This document shows, piece by piece, positions 26,841 to 35,752 of a stretch of 64,000 bases of DNA (its first letter is position 1; each line of letters starts with the position of its first letter). This DNA comes from Candidatus Deferrimicrobiaceae bacterium (lineage in GTDB: Bacteria; Desulfobacterota; Deferrimicrobia; Deferrimicrobiales; Deferrimicrobiaceae): NCBI GenBank assembly GCA_963792415.1, contig CAWBVY010000006.1, positions 320,001-384,000 of the forward strand. The letters are read 5' to 3'. A program made the position numbers and the translations under genes. The notes below the pieces were generated by a model. The model ran no database searches and was not told where the DNA came from. It saw only the letters and a list, made by a program, of their open reading frames with translations.

Positions 26841-27146
26841 TTAGACGATAAAGGCAATGTTGAGTGATTCGGAAGATTCGGAATACAAGGGAGGACTTTC
26901 TGGTGTCTTTCCCTTGAAACCGTGACAATATCCTCGTGAGTACGAATCGATGTAAGAATCTCCGCTGTCGCCAATAGAGTAGCCGATAAGCATGCGGTGC
27001 TCCTCGATCCATTCATCCGAAACACCGAAAACCTGAGCCTCTATTCCCTGGTGGTATCCTCGGAAATAATCAACCCACGGCGATTCCGAAGAATCAATCA
27101 GCGGGTCGATGATACTGAAATGCGATTTGCGTTCATTCTTGTCCAT
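26841..27146 (-). CDS. Hypothetical protein with two YxxGY motifs
   Basis: DYFRGYHQGI...GDSYIDSYSRGYCHGF. Similar to 6857..7105. Confidence 0.65.
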   Translation of the reverse strand: MDKNERKSHFSIIDPLIDSSESPWVDYFRGYHQGIEAQVFGVSDEWIEEHRMLIGYSIGDSGDSYIDSYSRGYCHGFKGKTPESPPLYSESSESLNIAFIV

Positions 27147-27347
27147 CCTTATCCCCCTTACCGTTCAATTCTCACCTGAACGAATTCTTCGGCAGGTACG
27201 GACAATATCTTTATGGGAAATTCAGCGGGGTTTGCGGTGGAAGTGGCGGTGGAAATGATCGTGGTTCGGAGGTGCTGGAATTAACGGATGCATGAAGGTG
27301 GGTGAATCCGCAACCTTCGGGGCGGGTACAACCCCATCAGGATAAGG

Positions 27348-28088
27348 TCAAACGAACATCTGCGACTGCGATGATTTCAATACTTCAAAAATCTTCTCCG
27401 CATCGCCGGCACTTATGCGGTTCGGCAATCGCTTCAGGTAAGCGGGAAAATATCGCCGGCGGATGACCTCTACACCTCTCACCTGCTGTCGTACTTGTAC
27501 ATTGGCATTGGCAAACAAGATGACCGGTTGTGGCTTAGGTGCCGATATATTTTGGCGAGCGATAATATCCTGGATATAAATTGCCTGCACCAATGCCTGC
27601 CTGATAAAGTCCTTTTCGAACGGTTTCTCGTCGCGTTGCAACAGAGCCCCTTCACAGGTAACGACTCCTCGGTGGCTTTTCGTCTCAACGGTGAGGATCC
27701 CTTTCGTGGAAATGACGATGTGGTCGATGTTCCCCCTCTTAGATACGAAATCATGCACGACAAAATATCCCGCAGCCAGTTCCCCCTGCAGGTTCCCAAC
27801 CGCCTCTTCTGCCACCGCTCCGTGGCGGGCATCCAGGACCCGATCAGCGTACGCATCCGCCTTGGCACCCATCGCTTTTATCCAATATATAATGCCGACG
27901 AAGACCACGAGTGCGACTGGGATTCCCAGGGTTGCGATCGCCTTGCTGTTCTTGCTGTACAGGTAGATGCCCGCGAACATGATGATCAAGACGAAGAGCG
28001 CTGCCATCCACCGGGCGGCTTCCATCCTGCGGACCCCCACCCCGGCCTTGTTGTACACCGTCGCTCTTGTGGAATTCAATTCCGCCAT
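27348..28088 (-). CDS. Membrane-anchored NERD (nuclease-related domain) protein
   Basis: Two N-terminal TM helices; G..AE, VVHD, NIDHIVI..KGI..VETKS. Confidence 0.85.
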   Translation of the reverse strand: MAELNSTRATVYNKAGVGVRRMEAARWMAALFVLIIMFAGIYLYSKNSKAIATLGIPVALVVFVGIIYWIKAMGAKADAYADRVLDARHGAVAEEAVGNLQGELAAGYFVVHDFVSKRGNIDHIVISTKGILTVETKSHRGVVTCEGALLQRDEKPFEKDFIRQALVQAIYIQDIIARQNISAPKPQPVILFANANVQVRQQVRGVEVIRRRYFPAYLKRLPNRISAGDAEKIFEVLKSSQSQMFV

Positions 28089-28362
28089 CCCCTTCCCTTT
28101 CCCCGAATACGGAATACACCCTCCATGGGGGAAAAACCGAAGCCACATTCTGGGCGCATAAAACCTTGCGGCCAGGCCTTTTCCTCCGAATCTCTTTTCG
28201 GAAGGAGGGGTTACGAAGTTTAGGGGGCAAAAGACCTTCGGGTGGGATGCCTATAGGTCTAGTGACCTTCGGGGAACGGACCCTCTCTATAAGCCCAAGG
28301 CCGGCGGATCCTTCGCCGGTCCTAGCCCCCTGCCCCTCGAGAACCGCGCTACTTGTGGATCC

Positions 28363-28432
28363 TGACCTGCCCCCCTCAAATCGGTCCGAGGTGTGTTAAT
28401 GCTTTTCAGACCGATTTGAGGGGGGCAGGTCA
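28363..28432. mobile_element. 70-bp MITE-like element with perfect 24-bp terminal inverted repeats (TG...CA)
   Basis: TGACCTGCCCCCCTCAAATCGGTC, 22-nt spacer, GACCGATTTGAGGGGGGCAGGTCA. Confidence 0.8.
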
Positions 28433-28622
28433 GGGATTCCGTCGCTTGGCGCGAACTGCTCGGGCAGTACATCTTCGGATTCCAAGGAATCGAATAACCC
28501 CTCAACGGCGGCGCACTTCCACCGAAATTCCATCGCAGGTTTTCTCTCTAATTGCCGATAATAAAAGGAATGATGGAGCGGTTATCGAGTCGGAAGTTGA
28601 ATTCTCGCCAATGAGGTGGCAT

Positions 28623-29435
28623 ATGCGAAGACCTACCGCCGCCTTGATACTGATCGCCTCGATACTTTCCTTCCTGATGGCTTGTCCGATACTCGCGGGT
28701 CCTGTCGAGGACTCGTTAAAAGCATACCGGCGTGGCGACTACAAGACAGCATATCAACTCATTAAGCCGGAGGCTGAGAAGGGGGACGACGTCGCCCAGT
28801 TTACCCTCGGCTACATGTATGACGAAGGGAAAGGTGTTCCTCAGGATTACGCCGAGGCGGCGAAGTGGTACAGAAGAGCGGCAAAACAAGGGAATAAAGC
28901 CGCCCAGCACAACCTCGGTCTAATGGATGACCAAAGCCAAGTTTCGAAAGACCGCGCCGAGATGAAGAAGTGGCATCAAAGGGCAACAGAACCGCAAAAC
29001 GTCGCCACCCAGCCTGACCCCCGCCCTGTGGAGGGACGCTCCGAGCAGGAGAAGTGGCACCGAGGGGCAACGGAACCGCGAAACGTCGCCACCCAGCCTG
29101 ACCCCCGCCCTGTGGAGGGACGCTCCGAGCAGGAGAAGTGGCACCGAGGGGCAACAGAACCGCAAAACGTCGCCACCCAGCCTGACCCCCGCCCTGTGGA
29201 AGGACGCTCCGAGCAGGAGAAGTGGCACCGAGGGCTAACAGAACCGCAAAACGTCGCCACCCAGCCTGACCCCCGCCCTGTGGAGGAACGCTCCGAGCAG
29301 GAGAAGTGGCACCGAGGGGCAACAGAACCGCGAAACGTCGCCACCCAGCCTGACCTCGGTCTAATGGATGACCAAAACCAAGTTTCGAAAGACCGCGCCG
29401 AGATGAAGAAGTGGCACCGAGGGGCAACGGAATAG
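28623..29435 (+). CDS. Secreted Sel1-repeat protein with expanded degenerate repeats; probably truncated by a premature TAG
   Basis: AEKGDDVAQFTLGYMYDEGKGVPQDYAEAAKWYRRAAKQG. After the TAG the frame stays open to TAA at 29507 (GDVSAHISEAQKLAR...). Confidence 0.8.
   Translation: MRRPTAALILIASILSFLMACPILAGPVEDSLKAYRRGDYKTAYQLIKPEAEKGDDVAQFTLGYMYDEGKGVPQDYAEAAKWYRRAAKQGNKAAQHNLGLMDDQSQVSKDRAEMKKWHQRATEPQNVATQPDPRPVEGRSEQEKWHRGATEPRNVATQPDPRPVEGRSEQEKWHRGATEPQNVATQPDPRPVEGRSEQEKWHRGLTEPQNVATQPDPRPVEERSEQEKWHRGATEPRNVATQPDLGLMDDQNQVSKDRAEMKKWHRGATE
28967..29355 (+). repeat. Coding tandem repeat, 84-bp period (about 4.6 copies)
   Basis: GAAGTGGCA recurs at 28967, 29051, 29135, 29219 and 29303; unit EKWHRGATEPxNVATQPDPRPVEGRSEQ. 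Confidence 0.95.
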
Positions 29436-29518
29436 GGTGACGTCTCCGCACACATATCCGAAGCGCAAAAGTTAGCGAGGATGCTGAAGCCGAAGAAGGA
29501 ACTGTAAAGGCAGGTAGG

Positions 29519-29592
29519 CGCGAACGGCTCGGTGAAACGAGCGATCCGTAAGGATCCAGCGTCCACAGGATCGAAGCCCGCGTCGCGGAAAC
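29519..29592 (-). pseudogene. Fragment of an F420-dependent NADP oxidoreductase-like gene
   Basis: Translation RDAGFDPVDAGSLRIARFTEPFA resembles the family C-terminus. Isolated fragment. Confidence 0.55.
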
Positions 29593-29614
29593 GGATGTCG
29601 ATGTCCCGGTCGGA

Positions 29615-30514
29615 CTAGACCAGCGAATCCTTGTCGAATCCGATCCGCACGATCTCGATCTTCGCCGGATCCGCCGTTCCCAGATGGTGCCGCGTATCCG
29701 CCAGCGCGATGTGCTTGGCCGGAGGCGCCAACGGCCGCTCCTCGCCGAAGACCGCCCGGCGCTTGGCTTCGATGATGCGCAGTCCCACCGAATCGCATGC
29801 CACCGGGTCGAAACCGACAATGAGTCCGTGGTAGTTCCAAACGTACTTCGGGTTGAAACTATGAGGCCCCACACCGTGGAACTGCGGGGAGAGCATGACC
29901 AGCACGTTCAGGCGGGTCTTGCCTTTCACAATGGGGAGGCTCCAGACCCCGCCGAGGTCGGCGCAGGAGTCGTCGTGCCAGGAAGAGGGGATCGGCGAGA
30001 AGAGGATGTAGTTCTTGATGAGCGAGCCCACGCCGGACCAGTGGTGTGTGCGCATGGGCCGGGTGTTGATCAGGGCCGTGGCGCGCTGGAATACCGGATT
30101 ATCCAGCACGCCGCGGTCGTTGATGGCGACGTTCTGCGCCTTGACGCCCACTTCGCGCACGCGCTGCTCGAGCGCCGATTCCACGGCCGCAGGCGTGGGG
30201 AGATACGACCAGGAGTTGCTCTTGATGCCGACGATGTCGCTGGGCTTCAGGAAGGTCTTCCATCCGTCGACGCCTTTCTTGCCGGTGAGCGATCCCACGG
30301 CGGCGTCGAGCATCTTCAGTACGATGTCCTTCCTGGCCTTTCCATTCTCGTCGAGGGCCATCTGGTCGCGGACCAGGATCACCCTCGTCTTGGCGGGAGT
30401 GGCAGCTTCCGCGGCAATTGCGTCGTGCATCCGGCCGGGAAAAAGCGCCGCGCCGCCCAACGCGACCATCGAGAGGTTGAACTGCCGGCGCGTCAGTCCT
30501 TTTTTCGAATTCAT
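29615..30514 (-). CDS. Tat-exported DUF362-like protein
   Basis: TRRQF Tat signal; D.VGIK.N, .THHW.G....KN, FDPVACD. Confidence 0.8.
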   Translation of the reverse strand: MNSKKGLTRRQFNLSMVALGGAALFPGRMHDAIAAEAATPAKTRVILVRDQMALDENGKARKDIVLKMLDAAVGSLTGKKGVDGWKTFLKPSDIVGIKSNSWSYLPTPAAVESALEQRVREVGVKAQNVAINDRGVLDNPVFQRATALINTRPMRTHHWSGVGSLIKNYILFSPIPSSWHDDSCADLGGVWSLPIVKGKTRLNVLVMLSPQFHGVGPHSFNPKYVWNYHGLIVGFDPVACDSVGLRIIEAKRRAVFGEERPLAPPAKHIALADTRHHLGTADPAKIEIVRIGFDKDSLV

Positions 30515-31401
30515 GGCACCTCCAAGAGCACCCGGTCCACGATCTGTCGAGACGATGCATCCAGTGCGATGACGATTCTTTTCCCGCTTCTCTTGAGTCC
30601 CGCCCAACGCTCGCCCATCCTTGCCGAAGCCGTACCGCCCAGCACGGTTTCGGTGAAGGCGCGCTGTGCCTTCTCGGCGTCGTCTTCGGTCGGGTAGTCG
30701 ACCAGCATCAGGACGTGCCGCTCGCCCTGCCGGACGTAGCGGGCCAGTACCGCCTCCGTTTCCTTCCCGATCCCCAGCGGGTTCTCATGGGAAACGGTGA
30801 CGTAGTCGTTCTGCAACAGGGGGTGGTGGAATGTGCGGGCGCTGGCCTCAACGATTCCCGTTCCTGGAAGCGCGGCGAGGATGGGGGGCAGCGAGCCGGT
30901 TTCGGGGATGAGCGCGGCGATCGACCGTCCCAGTTCGTAGATGGCCTTGCGCTTGGTCTCTGTTTCGGGGTAGCCCAAGATCGAGACGTACCAGCGGTGC
31001 TTCCAGAAGGTCAGCAGACCGCCGCCGTAATCCGACCCCTGCCCGACCTCATCGGCCAGGGTCTCGCGGCCGTGGGCGAAAGCGCCGAACGCGCCGCGCG
31101 GGCTTCCCATGTCGAAGATGTCGACCTTGATCGTGTCGTCCTCGCCCGCGGCGTATTCAAAGGTGATTGCGCCCACGAAGTCGAAAGCGAGGTAGAGTTC
31201 CGATCCGCCGTCGATGTAGCTGTAGAGCGTATCGCGGCTGTAGAGCGCCGGTTTGTCCGGCTTCTTCCATTGGCCGACCCGGGTGGGCAGCCCGGCGGCA
31301 AAGTCGGGTTTCGGTTCGTCGGCGAAAGCCATGGTCCACACCAGCGTCAATGACATCGCCGTGGCGAAAGCCACGGGAAGTATCCCGTTCCCTTTACGCA
31401 T
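30511..31401 (-). CDS. Secreted hypothetical protein (DUF6599-like)
   Basis: Signal peptide; LYSYIDGGSELY...DIFDMGSPRGAFG. Coupled to the DUF362-like gene. Confidence 0.75.
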   Translation of the reverse strand: MRKGNGILPVAFATAMSLTLVWTMAFADEPKPDFAAGLPTRVGQWKKPDKPALYSRDTLYSYIDGGSELYLAFDFVGAITFEYAAGEDDTIKVDIFDMGSPRGAFGAFAHGRETLADEVGQGSDYGGGLLTFWKHRWYVSILGYPETETKRKAIYELGRSIAALIPETGSLPPILAALPGTGIVEASARTFHHPLLQNDYVTVSHENPLGIGKETEAVLARYVRQGERHVLMLVDYPTEDDAEKAQRAFTETVLGGTASARMGERWAGLKRSGKRIVIALDASSRQIVDRVLLEVP

Positions 31402-31591
31402 TTTTCCCCATCTCGTACGCCTGTTCCATCGCCGGACGTCCCTTGATGTCGCCTATATTCCAGGCCCCGGTCCCGCAGATGACCCCCTGATGTCCCGCCT
31501 CCCTGGCCCCGAGCAGGAACTGGTCGCACAGCAGGTCGGAATTCCCCCCTTTCCTCGGGCTTGCCGACAGGACCAACATTTTTTTCGCCAT
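31394..31591 (-). pseudogene. Flavodoxin-family (NADPH-dependent FMN reductase-like) gene with a large in-frame internal deletion
   Basis: N-terminus SASPRKGGNSDLLCDQF..GA.EAGH is joined directly to the C-terminus GTGAWNIGDI...AYEMGK. Only 65 aa. Confidence 0.75.
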
Positions 31592-31628
31592 CTTATCATC
31601 CTCTTCTTTTTGAAAATTTGCTCTTCTG

Positions 31629-32585
31629 TCAAAAATCAAGCAGCAGCCTGCCGCCGCCAACCAGCGGACTCGTGAATCCGTTCTCTCGAAGGGCATACCA
31701 GAGGGTCACTGTATTGATGCCGAGGATCGGAATTCCGATGATTGGCTCGAGTTTTTCGCAGAGGTTGATCAGGCTCATATTCGTACCGCACTGAACAATT
31801 GCATCCAATTTGTTGTCCGCGGTCGCAAGCAGCTCCATGATGGCCTTTTCTTTCGCCCAGTCCGGGATATGGGCAATGTGAAGTGCATTGGCGCAGGAAA
31901 AGCCTGCTGTTGAAACCACCCGAAAACCCAAATCCTCGAACATCCGCGCGGCGCTCTCATTCCCCAGTTTGTCAAATGGTGTTAAGAGTCCGATTCGTCT
32001 TGCGCCGAATTTTTTCAGAGCCGCCGGGGCCGCATCATGCCAAGTGGCCCAAGACAGGCCGGAGTAGGCCTCAATGTCCACCATCGGCGCTCTTATTTCA
32101 TCGATGCCCACAAGGATATGCTCCAGGCTCATGCCCATGATCATGTATTGCGGCTCCGCCAACAAAGCCGCACCCACCGCTGACCTTAGCCCGCCCAAGA
32201 ACTGATTCTTGTACTCCATCAGATCTTCTTCGGTCTCCAACTTCGGCTTCGGCGTCAAAACGTTGGTGGTGTGAAGGCCGACCCCTCTTAGCCCGTGTGG
32301 TCCTTGGTTCTTGAAGATGATGCTCCAAAGTTCGTGCTCCATGCTGGTATTCGTAGCGGGAATAAGAAGCCCAAACTTTCTTCTGAAACTCCTCACGTCG
32401 GGATATCCCCTGGAAGAGTTGATCTCGCCGAAGTTCTCGGCTTTCTTACCATTGTGAACGACGCCGGGAGGCGCCAGAGCGGGCATGGGCGGGACATTTA
32501 CATTGGGAATGGTGATTTTTCCCCCGGACAATTCACCAATAATAGTCTGTGCTCCTATGTAGTTTATTTTCTCGTGTTCATTCAT
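31629..32585 (-). CDS. Maleate isomerase / arylmalonate decarboxylase (Asp/Glu racemase-like) family protein
   Basis: FGLLIPATNTSME, RIGLLTP, DAIVQCGTN, E..IGIPILGIN...W.ALR. Confidence 0.8.
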   Translation of the reverse strand: MNEHEKINYIGAQTIIGELSGGKITIPNVNVPPMPALAPPGVVHNGKKAENFGEINSSRGYPDVRSFRRKFGLLIPATNTSMEHELWSIIFKNQGPHGLRGVGLHTTNVLTPKPKLETEEDLMEYKNQFLGGLRSAVGAALLAEPQYMIMGMSLEHILVGIDEIRAPMVDIEAYSGLSWATWHDAAPAALKKFGARRIGLLTPFDKLGNESAARMFEDLGFRVVSTAGFSCANALHIAHIPDWAKEKAIMELLATADNKLDAIVQCGTNMSLINLCEKLEPIIGIPILGINTVTLWYALRENGFTSPLVGGGRLLLDF

Positions 32586-32798
32586 TCCCTTGCTCCTCGT
32601 GGGTTTACAAGGATTTTCTCAAACTAAATCGTGGCAACCCAATCCAAAATTGCCATCCCGGATTTTTCGATTCCGATGGTTTCGCCAATATGCCCCTATA
32701 TAAAACAAGGCCTCTCGGTTCCTGATTGAAGTCTGTTGCAGGTAGGATGTTCCGCCAGACCCTTTCGTTCTCTCATTGGCGCACAAAGGGAAACCCCG

Positions 32799-32845
32799 TT
32801 TTTCACCCCGAAACGACCATTGTTTGCAAGGGGTTTGCAGTCCGT
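32799..32845 (+). repeat. Boundary repeat family B, copy 2
   Basis: Matches 22700..22747. Confidence 0.75.
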
Positions 32846-32871
32846 GCGGACTTTCCCCATCAAACCTTCCA

Positions 32872-32934
32872 CCGCCTCGAATCGGCCTGAAAAGCATTAA
32901 CACACCTCGGACGGATCTGATGGGGGCAGATCCA
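32872..32934 (-). mobile_element. Degenerate inverted copy of the 70-bp MITE
   Basis: The reverse complement contains the same spacer CGAGGTGTGTTAATGCTTTTCA with eroded arms. It abuts the IS3 left end. Confidence 0.75.
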
Positions 32935-33018
32935 CGGTTGACCTGATCCCCATTTCTTAGACACTTCCAGGGTTATACTTCCGGCTGACTTTTCCGGTCC
33001 CGACCCTAGGAGGGCACG

Positions 33019-33282
33019 ATGAAGAAGCGGTTCACGGAGGAGCAGATCGCCTTTGCCTTGCGCCAGGCGGAAGGAGGCACCCCGGTTACCGAGGTGTGCC
33101 GCAAGATGGGGGTCAGCGAGCAATCGTTTTACCGTTGGAAGCGCAAGTACGATGGGATGGGTGTCGCCGAGCTCCGCCGCTTGCGGCAACTCGAGGAGGA
33201 GAACCGGAAGCTGAAGAAGTTGGGGGCGGATCTGGCGCTGGACAAGCACATTCTCCAGGAGGTGCTGCAAAAAAAAGTATAA
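33019..33282 (+). CDS. IS3 transposase OrfA (HTH)
   Basis: MKKRFTEEQI...VCRKMGVSEQSFYRWKRKY...LRQLEEENRKLK; A8G slippery site at 33269-33277. Confidence 0.95.
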   Translation: MKKRFTEEQIAFALRQAEGGTPVTEVCRKMGVSEQSFYRWKRKYDGMGVAELRRLRQLEEENRKLKKLGADLALDKHILQEVLQKKV

Positions 33283-34127
33283 GGCCGGCACGCAAGCGGT
33301 CCCTGGTTCAGGATGTACGGGCCGCGTACAAGCTCACGATGAGGCGTGCGTGCCGGCTGATCCAGATCCCGCGGCCGACGGCGTATTACCGGAGCCGGAA
33401 GAAGACGTGGAACGAATTGCGGATCCGGATGAGAGACCTGGCGGCGGTTCGAATTCGTTACGGCTATCGTCGATTGCACGTCCTGCTTCATCGGGAGGGA
33501 TGGAAGGTCAATCATAAGCTTGTTTGGCGAATATATCGGGAGGAAGGGCTCTCCATACGGACGAAGGGGAGGAAGAAGAAGATCAGCCGGCTCCGGGTTG
33601 TTCTTCCGGAGGCAAAGGCACCAAATGAGCGCTGGAGCATGGATTTTGTCTCCGATGGGCTCTTCACTAGTCGCCGATTCCGGGTCTTTACGTTAGTGGA
33701 TCACTTTACGCGTGAGAGTCCGGCGATCGTGGTGGACCATTCGATCCCCGGGAGCAAGGTCGTCGAGGTTCTGGACCGCCTGGCGGGACTTGGAATCAAG
33801 CCCAAGGTCATCACGGTGGATAACGGCCCGGAGTTCTCGGGCAGGGTCTTGGACGAGTGGGCACATCGCAACGGAGTGAAATTGGACTTTATCCGGCCGG
33901 GCAAGCCGGTGGAGAATGCATACATCGAAAGCTTCAACGGGAAGCTGCGGGAAGAATGTCTGAATCTGCATTGGTTCAAGATGATCGAGGAAGCCAAGGA
34001 AAAGATCGAATCTTGGCGGGTCGACTACAACGAGCACCGCCCGCATAGCGCATTGAACGACCAAACACCGTCGGAGTTCGCCGAGAACTTCGACCTATCC
34101 CGGGCCGTCGAAAAGGTCGGATTTTAA
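33270..34127 (+). CDS. IS3 transposase OrfB (DDE), expressed by -1 frameshift
   Basis: YGYRR, WSMDF, DNGPEF, PGKPVENAYIESFNG, YNEHRPHSAL. Confidence 0.95.
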   Translation, partial: KKSIRPARKRSLVQDVRAAYKLTMRRACRLIQIPRPTAYYRSRKKTWNELRIRMRDLAAVRIRYGYRRLHVLLHREGWKVNHKLVWRIYREEGLSIRTKGRKKKISRLRVVLPEAKAPNERWSMDFVSDGLFTSRRFRVFTLVDHFTRESPAIVVDHSIPGSKVVEVLDRLAGLGIKPKVITVDNGPEFSGRVLDEWAHRNGVKLDFIRPGKPVENAYIESFNGKLREECLNLHWFKMIEEAKEKIESWRVDYNEHRPHSALNDQTPSEFAENFDLSRAVEKVGF

Positions 34128-34321
34128 CCTTGGAAAGTGTCGAAGAACGGGGGGACCCTCAATCCCAACGTTGATTCCTCTTTTATTGGCCGTCATAGGG
34201 GGCGCGATGCTCCCAATTCCATAACCTAGGATTTTCTGCCAAACCCCAATTGGGAAATATGAGATGCCTGGGACTTCGATTGCTGTTGGGGATATTGTTG
34301 GGGGTGAAGTATTTCGGACAT

Positions 34322-34361
34322 GAAAAAGGGGGTCACGATTTCTCGTAACCCCCTGTTTTTA
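34322..34361 (-). terminator. Hairpin terminator after tRNA-Met
   Basis: GGGGGTCACGA-TTTC-TCGTAACCCCC stem flanked by A and T tracts. Confidence 0.75.
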
Positions 34362-34363
34362 TT

Positions 34364-34440
<77 letters not shown>

Positions 34441-34453
34441 TCATGAACGAATA

Positions 34454-34482
34454 AATATACTCCTCACACACCACAGTGTCAA
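34454..34482 (-). promoter_or_regulatory. Sigma70 promoter of tRNA-Met
   Basis: TTGACA-17 bp-TATATT just upstream of the tRNA. Confidence 0.85.
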
Positions 34483-34534
34483 CCTCGGTTTAGGAGCAGA
34501 GAAGACGTGTAGGTGCTCATGAATGATTCCATCC

Positions 34535-34951
34535 TCATTCCTGAGCGCCGGCACCTCCACGAACCATGGTCCAGAAACCACGCGGATCCACGATCGGAAT
34601 CGGCGACTGTGATGCCACTTCCAACAGATCGGAATCGCCGGTCACGATAACATCCGCTTTCCCCGCCACAGCCGAAGCAAGGACCCATCGATCATCTGGG
34701 TCCCGAACCGGTAAGGGATGCGGCTCCGATGGCTTTGGGACGACGATCTGATCCCGTAATAATTGCTCGATAGCCGTAACCACAGGAGCTGGAACTTTGA
34801 TGCGGTCTCGCAGAACCCGGCGGAGCTCAATGATAACGACCTCACCGGTGATCAGGTCGTGCTCCGCCAGGATATGTCGAAGGACATCCGCGCACAAGCC
34901 GCGAGTGGCGAAAGCGCTCACAAGGACATTCGTGTAGAGAAAGACCCTCAC
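34535..34951 (-). CDS. PIN-domain toxin with the first catalytic Asp replaced by Tyr
   Basis: VRVFLYTNVLVSA (family consensus LDTNVLVSA), EL..VL, RDPDD, IVTGDSDLL. GTG start overlaps the antitoxin stop. Confidence 0.85.
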   Translation of the reverse strand: MRVFLYTNVLVSAFATRGLCADVLRHILAEHDLITGEVVIIELRRVLRDRIKVPAPVVTAIEQLLRDQIVVPKPSEPHPLPVRDPDDRWVLASAVAGKADVIVTGDSDLLEVASQSPIPIVDPRGFWTMVRGGAGAQE

Positions 34952-35169
34952 GAAAGGGCCTTGTTCACATCCTCGTCCGTGAGATATCCCCGCGCTTCCG
35001 CAAAAGGCAGGACCTGCCGGCGCAGTTGCTCGAAACGGATGATCGACAAATGGCGCTTGAGCGAGTCGCGGACTATGTCGCTTCTCGTACGGCCCGACTG
35101 CTTGCAAACCTTGTCGAGCAGCTTCTGGAGGTCCGGCTCTATGCGAATTGTAACGGCTGAAGTTTTCAT
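34948..35169 (-). CDS. Ribbon-helix-helix (CopG-like) antitoxin
   Basis: VTIRI...LLDKVCKQSGRTRSDIVRDSL...GYLTDEDV. Confidence 0.88.
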   Translation of the reverse strand: MKTSAVTIRIEPDLQKLLDKVCKQSGRTRSDIVRDSLKRHLSIIRFEQLRRQVLPFAEARGYLTDEDVNKALS

Positions 35170-35287
35170 GTCATACATTGTATGTCGTACATCGACAGCA
35201 TGCAAGAGGCTAATTATCACCACGGTTTAGGAACACCCCATTCCGAAACCGGGATAGACGGGCACGGTAATTGAACTTTTCAACGGC

Positions 35288-35716
35288 ATGATCGAGAAAT
35301 CGGATCCGCAATCCGACACATCGTTGTCACGCCTTCAGGTGGAATATATTCCCGGTCGGATTCTCACCATCCGTGGCCATCGGGTGATGCTGGACGTTGA
35401 TCTTGCGAAACTCTTCGGTGTCACAACCAAACGGCTAAACGAAGCAGTTCGAAGGAACACGTCTCGATTCCCGCATGATTTCATGTTTCAGCTGGCCCCC
35501 GGTGAATCCGAATCTTTGAGGTCGCAATTTGCGACCTCAAACGGGCGAGGCGGACGCGGCGAAATTCGATGGGCGCACACAAGGAATTCGCTAGGACGTT
35601 GGAAGGATCTTGAACGGAAATACGCGGCGCACGACACACAGATCAAGGGAATCTTCGACGCGCTACGAGCACTCATGGAACCCCCGAAGACGCCGCGGAG
35701 GCGGATCGGATTCTGA
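35288..35716 (+). CDS. ORF6N-domain protein, apparently internally deleted
   Basis: IRGHRVMLDVDLAKLFGVTTKRLNEAVRRN..RFP.DFMFQL and C-terminal RRRIGF. The usual PYAFTEQG segment is missing. Confidence 0.8.
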   Translation: MIEKSDPQSDTSLSRLQVEYIPGRILTIRGHRVMLDVDLAKLFGVTTKRLNEAVRRNTSRFPHDFMFQLAPGESESLRSQFATSNGRGGRGEIRWAHTRNSLGRWKDLERKYAAHDTQIKGIFDALRALMEPPKTPRRRIGF

Positions 35717-35752
35717 TCGTTTCCCGAATGAACCTGGTCCGAAATCCGGAGG

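Larger units (their letters stand above)
32939..34161 (+). mobile_element. IS3-family insertion sequence (IS407-like group), about 1.22 kb
   Basis: Imperfect terminal IRs TGACCTGATCCCCATTTCTTAGACACTTCCAGGGTTA and (reverse complement) TGAGGGTCCCCCCGTTCTTCGACACTTTCCAAGGTTA; orfA/orfB. No target duplication seen. Confidence 0.93.

Noticed and set aside
28967-29355. Regular repeats as a CRISPR array
   Set aside because: The whole 84-bp unit repeats in frame inside a CDS. There are no unique spacers and no cas genes.
478-29435. Genome-wide TAG reassignment
   Set aside because: Many recognisable full-length genes here end normally at TAG (e.g. phhB, flavin reductase, glnD, aroF).
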